Shown in pieces: positions 26,131-36,429 of a DNA stretch of 64,000 nt (within the stretch, counting starts at the first letter, position 1; the number at the start of each line of letters is the position of its first letter). Origin of the DNA: Candidatus Binatia bacterium (GTDB lineage: Bacteria; Desulfobacterota; Binatia; UBA9968; JAJDTQ01); NCBI GenBank assembly GCA_022824205.1, contig JAJEAI010000041.1, positions 856-64,855 on the forward strand, given 5' to 3'. The notes beneath the pieces were generated by a model. The model worked only from the letters and a program-made list of their open reading frames with translations. It was not told the origin of the DNA and searched no databases. The translations under genes and the position numbers were made by a program.

Positions 26131-27786
26131 CTACATCTCCATGATATAGGGCACGATCACCGGGCGGCGGTGCAGCCGCTTCTCGAAGAACCGGCGCAAC
26201 GACCGGCGGATGCCTTCCTTCAACTCCACGGAGTCCATGCGCGTCTCGGAGCCGCAGCCGTCGAGGTACGCCCACAGCGCGTCCTTCGCCGTGTCGAGGA
26301 CGTCGTCTTCTTCCTCCGCGCGCATGAGGCCGCGTGCCAGGAGGTCCGGTCCCGCGGTGACCTCGCCGGTGCGCGGGTGCACCGCCATGGCCACCACCAC
26401 GAACCCGTCCTCGCTCAGGTGCCGGCGGTCGCGGATGACGAAGTCCTCCACGTCGCCGACGCCCTTGCCATCCACGAAGACCTTGCCCGTCGGCACCGGC
26501 TCCACGCGCCAGGCGTCCTCCCCGTCCAGCTCCAGCACGTCGCCGTTCTCCAGGAGAAAGCAGTTGTCGGCGGGGATGCCCACGGCGCGGGCCAGTTCCA
26601 CGTGCTTGCAGAGCTGCCGGTACTCCCCGTGCAGCGGCACGAAGTAGCGCGGACGGGTGAGCTGGAGCATCGTCTTCAACTCTTCCTGGCTCGCGTGCCC
26701 CGACACGTGGATGTCCGACGTGCGCTCGTAGTGGACCTGGGCGCCGCGCTTGTATAGGTGGTTGATGAGGTTGCTGATGATCTTCTCGTTCCCCGGGATG
26801 AAGCGCGCCGACAGCACCACCGTGTCGCCCGGCCGCAGCCGGATGGAGCGGTGCTCGTCGAAGGCGACCCGGTGGAGCACGGAGAGGGGCTCCCCCTGGC
26901 TCCCGGTGGTGAGGAAGCAGAGGCGGTCGTCGGCCACGTCCTGCCAGCTCTGGCCGTCCGTCATCACGTCATGAGGAAGGCGCAGGTAGCCCAGGTCCGA
27001 GGCGATGCCGGAGTTGTTGATGATGCTCCGTCCACTGAGCACCAGCTTGCGCCCGAAATCCGCCGCCACCTCCGCCACCTGCTGGATGCGCGGGATATGG
27101 GAGGCGAAGGTCGCGATGAAGACGCGTCCGTGACTGGATGCGAAGATGCCCCGGAGCCCTTCCCCGACGCTGCGTTCCGACGGCGTCGTGCCCCGGTTCT
27201 CCACGTTGGTGGAGTCCGAAAGCAGCATCAGGACGCCGCGGTCGCCGTAGGCCGCGAAGCGATGGAAGTCGAAGTTCTCCCCCGCCACCGGAGTGTTGTC
27301 GATCTTGAAGTCGCCGCTGTGGACGACGATGCCCACCGGCGTCTCGATGGCCAGGGCGACGCAGTCCACCAGGCTGTGGGTGACCGGAATCCCCTCGATC
27401 GTGAAGGGACCCACGGAGAAGCGTTCGCCCGGCACCATCTCCACCAACTCCGTGGCCCCTTCCAGCCGGTGCTCCCGCAGCTTGTGACGCACGAAGCCCA
27501 GGGTGAGACGCGTGCCGTAAACCGGCACCGGGCAACGCTGGAGGACATAGGGCAAGGCGCCGATGTGGTCCTCGTGGGCGTGGGTGAGGATGATCGCCCT
27601 GGGGATCTTTCCCTGTTCCACGAGGTAGCCGATGTCGGGGATGACGAGGTCGATGCCCAGTTGCTCGGGGCTCGGGAACATGACGCCGCAGTCCACCACG
27701 ATCACGTCATCGCCGGATTCGAGCGCCAGCATGTTGCTGCCGAACTCGCCCAAGCCTCCCAGGGGCACGATTCTCAAGGGATCCAT
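26131..27786 (-). CDS. rnj: Ribonuclease J (metallo-beta-lactamase/beta-CASP)
   Basis: IVPLGGLGEFGSNMLALESGDDVIVVDCG...HAHEDHIGALPYV. Confidence 0.9.
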   Translation of the reverse strand: MDPLRIVPLGGLGEFGSNMLALESGDDVIVVDCGVMFPSPEQLGIDLVIPDIGYLVEQGKIPRAIILTHAHEDHIGALPYVLQRCPVPVYGTRLTLGFVRHKLREHRLEGATELVEMVPGERFSVGPFTIEGIPVTHSLVDCVALAIETPVGIVVHSGDFKIDNTPVAGENFDFHRFAAYGDRGVLMLLSDSTNVENRGTTPSERSVGEGLRGIFASSHGRVFIATFASHIPRIQQVAEVAADFGRKLVLSGRSIINNSGIASDLGYLRLPHDVMTDGQSWQDVADDRLCFLTTGSQGEPLSVLHRVAFDEHRSIRLRPGDTVVLSARFIPGNEKIISNLINHLYKRGAQVHYERTSDIHVSGHASQEELKTMLQLTRPRYFVPLHGEYRQLCKHVELARAVGIPADNCFLLENGDVLELDGEDAWRVEPVPTGKVFVDGKGVGDVEDFVIRDRRHLSEDGFVVVAMAVHPRTGEVTAGPDLLARGLMRAEEEDDVLDTAKDALWAYLDGCGSETRMDSVELKEGIRRSLRRFFEKRLHRRPVIVPYIMEM

Positions 27787-28530
27787 CTATTGCGCCTGCC
27801 AGGTCCGGCAGCCTTCGGTCGGGTCCGGTTCGTGCCGCGGCGCCAGCCGCGCGGCGATGGCCTCGCGGACGCGCTCCATCTGCCCGCGTGAACGGTCGTC
27901 CTGGGACCCGGCGGCCATCGCTTCGCCGATGTGGACCTCCACCTGGCCCGACCGGAGGCGCCAATCGCCCCGCGGCATCAGGACGCCCGACCCGCTCACG
28001 GTGATGGGGACAATCGGCACGCCCGCCTTCTCGGCCAGGCGGAAGCCGCCGCGCTTGAAGGGCAGCAGCCGGCCGTCCGTGCTGCGGGTGCCCTCGGGAA
28101 ACACCACCAAGGAGATTCCCCGCCCGAGCTTGTCACGCGCGCTGTCCATCGCCGCCACCATGTCCTTGGAACGGGTGCGCTTGACCAGCACGTGCTTGGA
28201 CGCCCACAGGGCCCAACCGAAGAACGGCACGCGCAGCAACTCGCGCTTCGCCATCCAGCGCAACTGGATCGGTGCCAGCGCCTGCACCAGCACCGGAATG
28301 TCGATGTTGCTCTGGTGGTTGGCCATGAAGACGTAAGCGCGCGCCGGGTCCAGATCCCCGCTCCGGCGCACCCGCACCGCCACGCCGCCGGTCTTGAGAA
28401 TGCACCAGGACCAGAAACGGAAGAACGGATAGACGCGCCTGCCGTAGGGGTCGGCGAGTCCGATGACAATGATGGGAATGCTCTCCAGAAGGCTTATGCA
28501 GAGGATCAGGGCCAGCTTGAGCGTGTACAT
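27787..28530 (-). CDS. plsC: 1-acyl-sn-glycerol-3-phosphate acyltransferase
   Basis: NHQSNIDIPV (HxxxxD acyltransferase motif) and VFPEGTRS motif. Confidence 0.8.
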   Translation of the reverse strand: MYTLKLALILCISLLESIPIIVIGLADPYGRRVYPFFRFWSWCILKTGGVAVRVRRSGDLDPARAYVFMANHQSNIDIPVLVQALAPIQLRWMAKRELLRVPFFGWALWASKHVLVKRTRSKDMVAAMDSARDKLGRGISLVVFPEGTRSTDGRLLPFKRGGFRLAEKAGVPIVPITVSGSGVLMPRGDWRLRSGQVEVHIGEAMAAGSQDDRSRGQMERVREAIAARLAPRHEPDPTEGCRTWQAQ

Positions 28531-28634
28531 GCGTTTGAAGGCGAATCCGACCGGGCTTGCGGGCGGCCCGCGGCCCAGAATGCCTTCATTTTAAGGGATA
28601 CGGCCGGTGATTGCAATTTTGCCGGCCGGTGACA

Positions 28635-29639
28635 TTAGAGTTCGATCTTCTCCGCGTAGAGTCCCTTGACGAAGCCGCCCTGCTCCAGCCGCTTCAGCAT
28701 GTCCAGTTCCATGAAGCCTTGCGGGTCGAGACGGCGCGCGCGCGCGTCCGTCACCGCCACCGCGTCGATCAGCGCCTGCACCCCCTCGACGCGGGGCACC
28801 GGCAGCGGTTGCAGGCGCTGCGCCAGTGCGTTGTAGGTGCCCGGGAGCGTCGCGCCCCGGGCCAGGGTCACGTACTTGTCGATGATGCGCATGGTGTCGG
28901 CGCGTTCGGCGAGGAAGTGCTGGATGCCGTTGAGATAGGCCATGAGAAAGCGCCGCAGCTCGTCGGAACGGCGCTGGGCGAAGGAACGGCTGGTCACCAG
29001 CAGGTCGGTGGTCAGGTGAACCTGACCGAGGTCGAGCACCTTGATGCCCCAGTGTTCGACCTGCGCGGCCACGTCCGGCACCAGCGGCGCGGCCTGAACG
29101 ACGTTGCGGTAAAGGGCGGCGGCTCTCTGGGGAGAGAAACCGATGGGCACCATCTCCACGTCATCCACCGGGTTCAGCCCCGCGCGTCTCAAGAGAACCC
29201 GCGCGATCAGGTCGGACTTGCGCCCCAGGTCCGACACCCCGACCTTCTTGCCCTTGAGCTGGGCGAGGTCGTCGACGTACGACGCCACGCCGAAACGGTA
29301 GTTCTCGGGACTGGCGTGGCCGCCGATGAACACCAAGTCGGCGCCGCCGCTGATGGCCTCCAGCGTGGGCATCACGTTCTCGGAGGCGACGAGGATGTCC
29401 AACCCCAGGAGGCTCTGCACGCCGCCCGCGGCGGCGCTGTCGATGTACACGGGATCGATGTCGAGACCGTACTTGGCGAAGAACTCGGTGTCCCTGGCGA
29501 TCCAGGTGACCACGGTGCCGGCACCGAAGCCGGCGAAGGCCACGCGGACCGTCCTGGAGTCGTCGGCGGAAGAGACCGAAACGAAGGTCAGCGCGGCAAC
29601 GGCCGCCGCCGCAAGCACACACAGGAATCGGCGGAACAT
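28635..29639 (-). CDS. ABC transporter substrate-binding protein (NMT1/SsuA/TauA-like), secreted
   Basis: Signal peptide MFRRFLCVLAAAAVAALTFVSVSSA and an SsuA-like fold (VRVAFAGFGAGT...). Start moved to ATG 29639. Confidence 0.7.
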   Translation of the reverse strand: MFRRFLCVLAAAAVAALTFVSVSSADDSRTVRVAFAGFGAGTVVTWIARDTEFFAKYGLDIDPVYIDSAAAGGVQSLLGLDILVASENVMPTLEAISGGADLVFIGGHASPENYRFGVASYVDDLAQLKGKKVGVSDLGRKSDLIARVLLRRAGLNPVDDVEMVPIGFSPQRAAALYRNVVQAAPLVPDVAAQVEHWGIKVLDLGQVHLTTDLLVTSRSFAQRRSDELRRFLMAYLNGIQHFLAERADTMRIIDKYVTLARGATLPGTYNALAQRLQPLPVPRVEGVQALIDAVAVTDARARRLDPQGFMELDMLKRLEQGGFVKGLYAEKIEL

Positions 29640-29764
29640 GATCCCCTCCCCGCGGCCGGGCATGAGCAGAGCACTCGCGCCGTCCGCAAAGCCATCCTAT
29701 AGGCGGAACCGGGCACGGTCAATACGGCCGCGGGGTGCTCGGGCCCCCTGTGTGACGCGGCACG

Positions 29765-30670
29765 CTACGCCAGTTCCGCGAGCATGTCGATGAAGAGCGG
29801 GTGATCGTTCACCGCGGGCGCCCGATGGTACTCCATTCCCAGGTCGAGCGCCCGCCGGCGGGATTCGACGTCGAGGTCGTACAGCACCTCGACGTGATCG
29901 CAGACGAACCCGATGGGAACCACGACGACCGCGTTCTCTCCGGCCCGGGCGAGTTCCTCGATCACCGCGCACACGTCGGGCTCCAGCCACGGGTCCCCGG
30001 GCCTGCCGCTGCGGCTCTGGTACGCCAGCTCCCAGCGCGTGCTCCCCACGGCCTCGGCCACCCGCCGCGAGGCGTCCGCGAACTGTTGCGCGTAAGGCGA
30101 GGCATCGGCCATGGACCGGGGGATGCTGTGGGCGGTAAACACCAACGGGGCGCCGCGGGACGCCGGCGGCAGCCCTTCGAGGGTGGCGGCCACGCGGCCG
30201 GCCACCGCGCCGATGAACAGCGGATGGCCTGCCCAGGGGCCGGCGTACTCCACCACGGGAGCCCGTTCCCCCAGCGCCTCGCGGGCGGCTTCCACGCTGT
30301 CGATGTAGCGGCCCCACGAGGCCTCGGTCTGGAAGGCGGACAGAACGATGCCGCGCACGCGCCGGCGGCCGTCGGCCGCGAGCGCCTCCAGGGTCTCGTC
30401 CAGGAACGGCCGCCAGTTGCGCATGCCCAAGTAGACCGGCGTGGCGCGTCCGTCCCGCCGGAGCCGTTCGCGCAACCCGTGCGCCTGCCGGCGCGTCAAC
30501 TCGTTCAACGGCGAACGCCCGCCGATCCGCTCGTAGTGGTGCGCCACCTCTTCGAGGCGCGCCGGTGGAATGCCCCGCCCCTCGGTCACGCGCTGGAGGA
30601 ACGGACGGATTTCGTCGGGATTTTCCGGGCCGCCGAAGGCGATCAACAGGATCGCGTCGAATCGATTCAT
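29765..30670 (-). CDS. hemH: Ferrochelatase
   Basis: MNRFDAILLIAFGGPENPDEIRPFL and the conserved HemH architecture. Start moved to ATG 30670. Confidence 0.85.
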   Translation of the reverse strand: MNRFDAILLIAFGGPENPDEIRPFLQRVTEGRGIPPARLEEVAHHYERIGGRSPLNELTRRQAHGLRERLRRDGRATPVYLGMRNWRPFLDETLEALAADGRRRVRGIVLSAFQTEASWGRYIDSVEAAREALGERAPVVEYAGPWAGHPLFIGAVAGRVAATLEGLPPASRGAPLVFTAHSIPRSMADASPYAQQFADASRRVAEAVGSTRWELAYQSRSGRPGDPWLEPDVCAVIEELARAGENAVVVVPIGFVCDHVEVLYDLDVESRRRALDLGMEYHRAPAVNDHPLFIDMLAELA

Positions 30671-30803
30671 GGGGTCGAAGACTCCGGCCAATTGTGACGG
30701 CGCCCTGCCGGCGGAAACGGTCGGGGTCTTTCGTTTCAAGCTTGGTTCGCGACGGCGGCGGGTGGTTCCGCGATGTTCGTATGGGTGGGCCGGAATCCGG
30801 CGG

Positions 30804-31115
30804 CTACCACTCGATGCGGATGCAGAGTTCCTCGCCGCGTTCCTCCACCGGCAGCACCGTCAGCGGATCCGCGCCCTTGGGCAGCAGGCACTCCCCGGAG
30901 CTGAGGTCGAAACAATAGCCGTGGTTGTCGCAGCGCACCTTGCCCGCGAGGATGGGGCCGTTCATGAGGTCCGCGCTCTCGTGCGGACAGTAGCGCGAGA
31001 ACGCGAAGTAGTCGTCTTCCAGGCGGGTCACCACCAGCGCCCGCCCGTTCAACTCCACCGCCTTGCGTTGGCCCGGCTCCAACTCGTCCGCGCGCGCCAC
31101 CGGTATGTAGGTCAC
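30804..31115 (-). CDS. Rieske [2Fe-2S] ferredoxin-like protein
   Basis: CPHESADL...CDNHGYCF (CxH...CxxH Rieske ligands). GTG start at 31115 is 10 nt after GGAGGA. Embedded in a long spurious track ORF. Confidence 0.7.
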   Translation of the reverse strand: MTYIPVARADELEPGQRKAVELNGRALVVTRLEDDYFAFSRYCPHESADLMNGPILAGKVRCDNHGYCFDLSSGECLLPKGADPLTVLPVEERGEELCIRIEW

Positions 31116-31345
31116 TCCCACGCCTTCCTCCGAATCGATTGAGCTTCCATGATGCACGCCGGGGCGACCGGCCGGTCGCCCCTGCAATACCCGAATCGCA
31201 TCATGAACCGGCCGGGGCATACGGTTACGGCCCGGCCGGACCATTCCGCCATTCGCCGTTCGTCCTGAGCCCTTCGACCACGCTCGGGACAGGCGTGGCT
31301 CCGCGCCAGCCGAGCGAAGTCGAAGGACGCGACTCGGCAAAGCCC

Positions 31346-33046
31346 CTACGCGGCCGCCGCGCGGCTGGGCGCGTAACCGGCGCCCCGCAGCACCTGGCCC
31401 GGAAGGTCGCCGCTCAAGTGGCCGTCCTCGTAGATCACACCGCCGTTGACGATGGTGTAGTGGATGCCGTCGGAACGCTGGATCAGCCGCTTGGTGCCGG
31501 CGGGGTAGTCCTCGGCCCACTCCGGCTCGTGGGCGCGCACGGTCTCGGGATCGAACAGGGTGAGATCCGCGGCGTATCCCGGCCGGATCAGCCCCCGGCC
31601 CTCCAGCCCGTAGACGGAGGCCACGTGGAAGGTGAGCTTGTGCACCGCCTCTTCGAGTGTCATGAGCCCGCGCTCGCGCACCCACAGGCCCAGCAGCGTG
31701 GTGCCGTAGCCGAAGTCGGCGCCGTACATCACGTGGGCGCCGGCGTCCGAGGTGCCCACCAGCACGTAGGGGCTGCGCAGGATCTCGCCCATGGCCTGGG
31801 AGTCGCCGCCGGTGTTGGCGTTCCGGAAGGTGGTGAGCAGCCCCTCGTCCAGCGACAGGTCCAGGAAGGCGTCCACGGGATCCTGGTTGCGCATGGCCGC
31901 CATGTCCGCCACGCTCTTGCCCTCGTAGCGCTTGTTCTCTTCCTTGACGACCTTCTCCACCTCGACGATGTCCCAGCGGCGGTGGAAGTTGGTCATGCGC
32001 TTGGTGGCCAGGTCCTCGCGCAGCTTCGCGCGGGTGGCCGCGTCGGCGAAGGCCTGCTGGCGCACCTCCACCGGCAGGAACATGATGTTCTTCCAGGTGG
32101 GGAACTCGTCGAAGAGCTGCGCGTTCTGCAGGTTGAAGTGGCGCACCAGCGGCACCGTCTGGGTGAGGCCGTAGGCGCGGTAGCCGTCGCGGAAGATGCG
32201 CGACACCGCGTCCAGTTGCTCCTGCCACAGCGTGGGCTCGGCCCAGCGATGGTGCACGCTCTGCCAGATGATCGGGCGCTGCGTCCGGCTCGCCAGGTCG
32301 TGGTAGATGTCGAAGTGCTCCATCTTGTTGCGGCCCAGGATGGTCTCGATGATGCCGCTGTTCATCTCCCCGAGCACGTCGCACAGGGCGTAGAGCTCGT
32401 CGTCGTCCGCCAGCCGGCTCGCCACGGGCTTGCCGTCCTCGCGCATGTGCCGCTCGTTGCGGTTGGTGGAGAACCCGAGGGCGCCCGCCTCCATGGCCCC
32501 CCGTACGAGCCCCTTCATGGTCTGCACCTCGCCGGCCGTGGCCGTGCGCTCCACCGACTCCTCGCCCATGACGTTCTGGCGCACGGCGATGTGCCCCACC
32601 AGGCCGCCGGCGTTGATGCCGAGCCTGCCTTCCAGGGAGTCGAGGTACTCGCCGTAGCTGTGCCAGCCCCAGGTCACGCCCTTCTCCAGGGCGAAGCGCG
32701 GGATCGCCTCCACGCGCACGAAGCTCTTGACCAGGGCGTCCTCGCCCCCGTCGCTCACCGGCGCCAGCGCCAGCCCGCAGTTGCCCATGACGATGGAGGT
32801 GATGCCGTGCTGCGGCTCGGAAGTGCCGTAGGGGTCCCAGAGGATCTGCGCGTCCATGTGCGTGTGGTGGTCGATGAAACCCGGAGACACCACCAGCCCG
32901 GCGGCGTCGATGGTCCGGTTCGCCGAGCCGCCGAGGCGGCCCACTCCCACGATCTTGCCGTCCTTCACGCCCACGTCCGCCGTATGGGACGGCAGCCCGG
33001 AACCGTCGGCCACGCGCCCGCCGCGTATCAGCAGATCATATTCCAT
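31346..33046 (-). CDS. D-aminoacylase / N-acyl-D-amino-acid deacylase-family amidohydrolase
   Basis: MEYDLLIRGGRVADGSG...GFIDHHTHMD... Start re-derived to ATG 33046 with AAGGAGGA RBS. Confidence 0.8.
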   Translation of the reverse strand: MEYDLLIRGGRVADGSGLPSHTADVGVKDGKIVGVGRLGGSANRTIDAAGLVVSPGFIDHHTHMDAQILWDPYGTSEPQHGITSIVMGNCGLALAPVSDGGEDALVKSFVRVEAIPRFALEKGVTWGWHSYGEYLDSLEGRLGINAGGLVGHIAVRQNVMGEESVERTATAGEVQTMKGLVRGAMEAGALGFSTNRNERHMREDGKPVASRLADDDELYALCDVLGEMNSGIIETILGRNKMEHFDIYHDLASRTQRPIIWQSVHHRWAEPTLWQEQLDAVSRIFRDGYRAYGLTQTVPLVRHFNLQNAQLFDEFPTWKNIMFLPVEVRQQAFADAATRAKLREDLATKRMTNFHRRWDIVEVEKVVKEENKRYEGKSVADMAAMRNQDPVDAFLDLSLDEGLLTTFRNANTGGDSQAMGEILRSPYVLVGTSDAGAHVMYGADFGYGTTLLGLWVRERGLMTLEEAVHKLTFHVASVYGLEGRGLIRPGYAADLTLFDPETVRAHEPEWAEDYPAGTKRLIQRSDGIHYTIVNGGVIYEDGHLSGDLPGQVLRGAGYAPSRAAAA

Positions 33047-33558
33047 GGACAAGTCCTCCTTCGTCGTTGCATTTGGTAGGGAGCGCGCGTGTGTGGGCGG
33101 ACTCAGCGTCCGCCGCGACCACAGTTTGCGGAAAGCAGCATATTGAATCGCGCGCTCAAGCGCAACCGTTTTACGCGGGACCGAGTACGCCTCCCTCGGA
33201 GTGATTTCCACACAAGTGCGGATCCGGTACGACTACCTGGCCTACGGCAAACTGATTGGCAGAGAGATGAGTCCCAGCCGAATACGCCCAGGATGTTGCC
33301 CCGGAAGAACCTTGGCGTGCGTGGCGCCTCAGCGAGGTAAACGTGAGCGCTCGGCGAGTAGGTGGCGAGGCCATGCCGCCGGAACTGGACCCAGCAGTGG
33401 AACAGGCAAAAAGCGGGTTGGAATCGCTACGATGAGGACAAGATCTTGGTGATGGTGATCTCCTTTGCCGGACGTCTGGTGATCTCAATTGGCGATGGGA
33501 AGGTCGGGGAGTCTCCGTACCACCACAATTACCGACCCTAACCGGGATTGGGGGCTAC

Positions 33559-33597
33559 TTGGCGTTCTTGACGACCCCAATTAATGTATGTACATAA
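33559..33597 (+). promoter_or_regulatory. Putative brnTA promoter/operator: TTGGCG-N17-TAATGT (or TTGACG-N17-TACATA) with palindrome ATGTACAT
   Basis: AT-rich sigma70-like hexamers in a GC-rich background, directly upstream of the brnT ATG. An embedded 8-bp palindrome is a candidate BrnA autorepression site. Implies a leaderless or near-leaderless mRNA. Confidence 0.3.
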
Positions 33598-33873
33598 ATG
33601 AAAAAGGTTGAGTTCGATGAAGCGAAACGCGAAGCCACGCTCAGGGTCAGAGGGCTGGATATGGCCCGAGCCGAGGACGTGTTCGCGGAGTCGACGTTGA
33701 CCGTTGAGGACGACCGGCGGCGGGACTATGGGGAGCGCCGTTTCATTACCGTCGGCTTTCTCGACGGGGCGATGGTGGTCATCGTCTGGACACCTCGCGG
33801 CGACGCCCGCCGGATCATCAGCATGAGGAAGGCCAATGAACGGGGAAGAGAACTCTACTACCCGCGATTTTGA
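33598..33873 (+). CDS. brnT: BrnT (DUF497) type II toxin ribonuclease
   Basis: MKKVEFDEAKREATLRVRGLDMARAEDVF...RRFITVGFLDGAMVVIVWTPRGDARRIISMRKAN. Confidence 0.8.
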   Translation: MKKVEFDEAKREATLRVRGLDMARAEDVFAESTLTVEDDRRRDYGERRFITVGFLDGAMVVIVWTPRGDARRIISMRKANERGRELYYPRF

Positions 33874-34093
33874 TCCGGATACCGCACCGGATCTTTCCCG
33901 CGACGGGTGGCCGGAGAAGTTCGGCAGGGCCACCGTGCGGCGCGGGCGACCGCCGGTCGCGAGACCGAAAACGGCGATCACGATCCGGCTGTCGGCCAGT
34001 GTCCTCGACCATTTCAAGGCGGACGGTCCCGGATGGCAGACGCGGATCGACCAAGCGCTTCAGGAGTGGGTCGCGAAACGCCGCCGCACCTGA
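33836..34093 (+). CDS. brnA: BrnA antitoxin (CopG-like)
   Basis: Overlaps brnT by 38 nt. KTAITIRLSASVLDHFKADGPGWQTRIDQALQEWV is the typical BrnA C-terminus. Confidence 0.75.
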   Translation: MNGEENSTTRDFDPDTAPDLSRDGWPEKFGRATVRRGRPPVARPKTAITIRLSASVLDHFKADGPGWQTRIDQALQEWVAKRRRT

Positions 34094-34172
34094 TCTTTCA
34101 ATCAGCCACACTTGCCAGCCGGGGTCGCCGACCTCGGCAACCACTCAACCGCCACAACGAACAGGAGCAACC

Positions 34173-36389
34173 ATGGATCTCAAGGTCGTAGGGCAACCGG
34201 TAGGACGCGTGGAGGGGCCGGACAAGGTTTCCGGGCGGATGGTGTACACGGCGGACGTGGACGTGCCGGAGGCGCTGTGGGGCAAGTGCCTGCGCAGCAC
34301 CATGGCGCACGCCCGGCTGGTACGGGTGGACGCGTCGCGGGCGCGGCAGGTGCCGGGGGTGCGCGCGGTGCTGACGGGGGCGGACGTACCCGATTTCCGG
34401 GTGGGCGTGAGCCTTCAGGACCTGCCGGTGCTGGCGCGCGACAAGGTGCGCTTCATCGGCGACAAGATCGCGGCGGTGGCGGCGGAGACGGCGGACGCGG
34501 CCGAGGAGGCGCTGGCGCTCATCGAGGTGGAGTACGAGGAGCTGCCCGCGGTGTCCGGCATCGAGGAGGCACTGGCCGACGGCGCGGCGGTGATCCACGA
34601 GGGGCTGGCGGACTACGCCGGCGTACCCGGGCGCCCGGAGGACCGGGCCAACGCCCTGTCGCTCAAGGAGCACACCGCCGGCGACGCGGCGCGGGGAATG
34701 GCGGAGGCGGACGTCATCGTCGAGCATACGTTCCGCACGCCGGGCGTTCACCAGGTGTACCTGGAACCCCACGCCACCGTCGTATCGGCCGGAGACCCGG
34801 ACCGCATCGACGTGTGGGCGTCGTGCAAGGCACCGTTCCGCCTCAAGCAGATGCTGGCGGCGCAACTGGAGCTGGAAGAGGCGAACATCCACGTCCACGG
34901 CGTGGCACTGGGGGGCGACTTCGGCGGCAAGGGCTCCCAGATGGACGTGCCGGTCTGCTACTACCTCTCCAGGGCCGCGGGGCGCCCGGTGAAGATGGTG
35001 ATGAACTACACCGAGGAGTTGATGGCCGGGGACCCGCGCCACCCCTCGGTCATGCGCGTCAAGCTCGGGGCGAAGCGGGACGGGACCCTGACGGCCCTGG
35101 ACAGCGACATCTACTTCGACAGCGGCGCCTACTCCGGCTTCAAGCCCTCGGAGATCGACGGCACCTTCATCGTCAACGCCTACCGCATCGCGGACTACGC
35201 CATCCGCACCTGCAACGTCTACACCAACGGCGTGCCCGGCGGTTACATGAAGTCGCCGGGGCAGCCGCAGACGGTGTTCGCCATCGAGTCGCTGCTGGAC
35301 ATGCTGGCGCGGGAGCTGGACATGGACCCGGTGGCGCTGCGGCTCAAGAACCTGATGCGGGACGGCGACGAGCTGCCCAACAAGCGCGCCATGCAGAAGA
35401 TCCGCTGCCGCGAGACCGTGGAGGCCGCGCTCAAGGCGGCGGGCTGGAACGACGCGCCCGCCGGCCCGGACACCGGCCGGGGCATGGCCCTCTCCTTCCG
35501 CCACACCGGCGGCAGCGGCACGGTGAACCTGGAGATCACCTGCGACGCCGGCGGCGACGTCACGGTGCTCACCGCCATCCCCGACATCGGCACGGGCACG
35601 CACACGCTGCTGCGCCAGATCACCGCCGAGATGCTGACCGTGCCGGCGGACCGCGTGCAGGTGGCCCGCGGCGACACCGACACCTTCGAGACCGACGCCG
35701 AGCCCGGCGGCAGCAAGATCACCGCCATGGTGGGGCGCGGGCTGGTGGAGGCGGTGGAGGAGTTGCGCGACCGCATGACCGAGGCGGCCGCCCAGGCCCT
35801 CGGCTGCCAGCCCGACGCGGTCGCCCTGGCGGACGGCTGCTTCACGGGCGGGGGCGCGTCGCTGGCGTTCGCCGACGTGGCCGGCAAGCTCATCGCCGAG
35901 GAGAAGGCGCTGTCGGTGCGCAAGTCCTACCGGCCCGAGCGCTCGCCGGTGCCGGCCTTCTTCGTCCAGGTGGCGGAGGTGGCGGTGGACCGGGAGACCG
36001 GCACCGTGGACGTGAAGAAGGTGGTGACCGCCCACGACGTCGGCACCGTCATCAACCCCCTGGGCCACCAGGGCCAGATCGACGGCGGCTTCGTGCAGGG
36101 CCTGGGCTACGCGGTGATGGAGGAGATGGTCAAGGACGGGCCGCGGGTCACCACGCTCAACCTCGGCGACTACTGCGTGCCGTGCGTGAAGGACCTGCCG
36201 CCGCTGGAGACCGTGCTGGTGGAGGACCAGACCGGCCCCGGCCCCTACAACGCCAAGGCCATCGGCGAGATGAGCATCGTGCCGACGGCGCCGGCCATCG
36301 CCAACGCGGTGGAAAACGCGGTGGGGGTGCGCATCCTCGACCTGCCCATTACGGCGGAGAAGGTGTTCAACGCGCTGCGGGAAGTGTGA
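34173..36389 (+). CDS. Molybdopterin-dependent oxidoreductase large subunit (xanthine dehydrogenase/aldehyde oxidoreductase/CoxL family)
   Basis: MDLKVVGQPVGRVEGPDKVSGRMVYTADV and the full-length MoCo-binding family pattern. AGGAG RBS. No small FeS/FAD subunits adjacent. Confidence 0.85.
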   Translation: MDLKVVGQPVGRVEGPDKVSGRMVYTADVDVPEALWGKCLRSTMAHARLVRVDASRARQVPGVRAVLTGADVPDFRVGVSLQDLPVLARDKVRFIGDKIAAVAAETADAAEEALALIEVEYEELPAVSGIEEALADGAAVIHEGLADYAGVPGRPEDRANALSLKEHTAGDAARGMAEADVIVEHTFRTPGVHQVYLEPHATVVSAGDPDRIDVWASCKAPFRLKQMLAAQLELEEANIHVHGVALGGDFGGKGSQMDVPVCYYLSRAAGRPVKMVMNYTEELMAGDPRHPSVMRVKLGAKRDGTLTALDSDIYFDSGAYSGFKPSEIDGTFIVNAYRIADYAIRTCNVYTNGVPGGYMKSPGQPQTVFAIESLLDMLARELDMDPVALRLKNLMRDGDELPNKRAMQKIRCRETVEAALKAAGWNDAPAGPDTGRGMALSFRHTGGSGTVNLEITCDAGGDVTVLTAIPDIGTGTHTLLRQITAEMLTVPADRVQVARGDTDTFETDAEPGGSKITAMVGRGLVEAVEELRDRMTEAAAQALGCQPDAVALADGCFTGGGASLAFADVAGKLIAEEKALSVRKSYRPERSPVPAFFVQVAEVAVDRETGTVDVKKVVTAHDVGTVINPLGHQGQIDGGFVQGLGYAVMEEMVKDGPRVTTLNLGDYCVPCVKDLPPLETVLVEDQTGPGPYNAKAIGEMSIVPTAPAIANAVENAVGVRILDLPITAEKVFNALREV

Positions 36390-36429
36390 AGGGCCTCCGC
36401 CCCGCCAGGGTTTCGTTGCAGGGGCCGGT

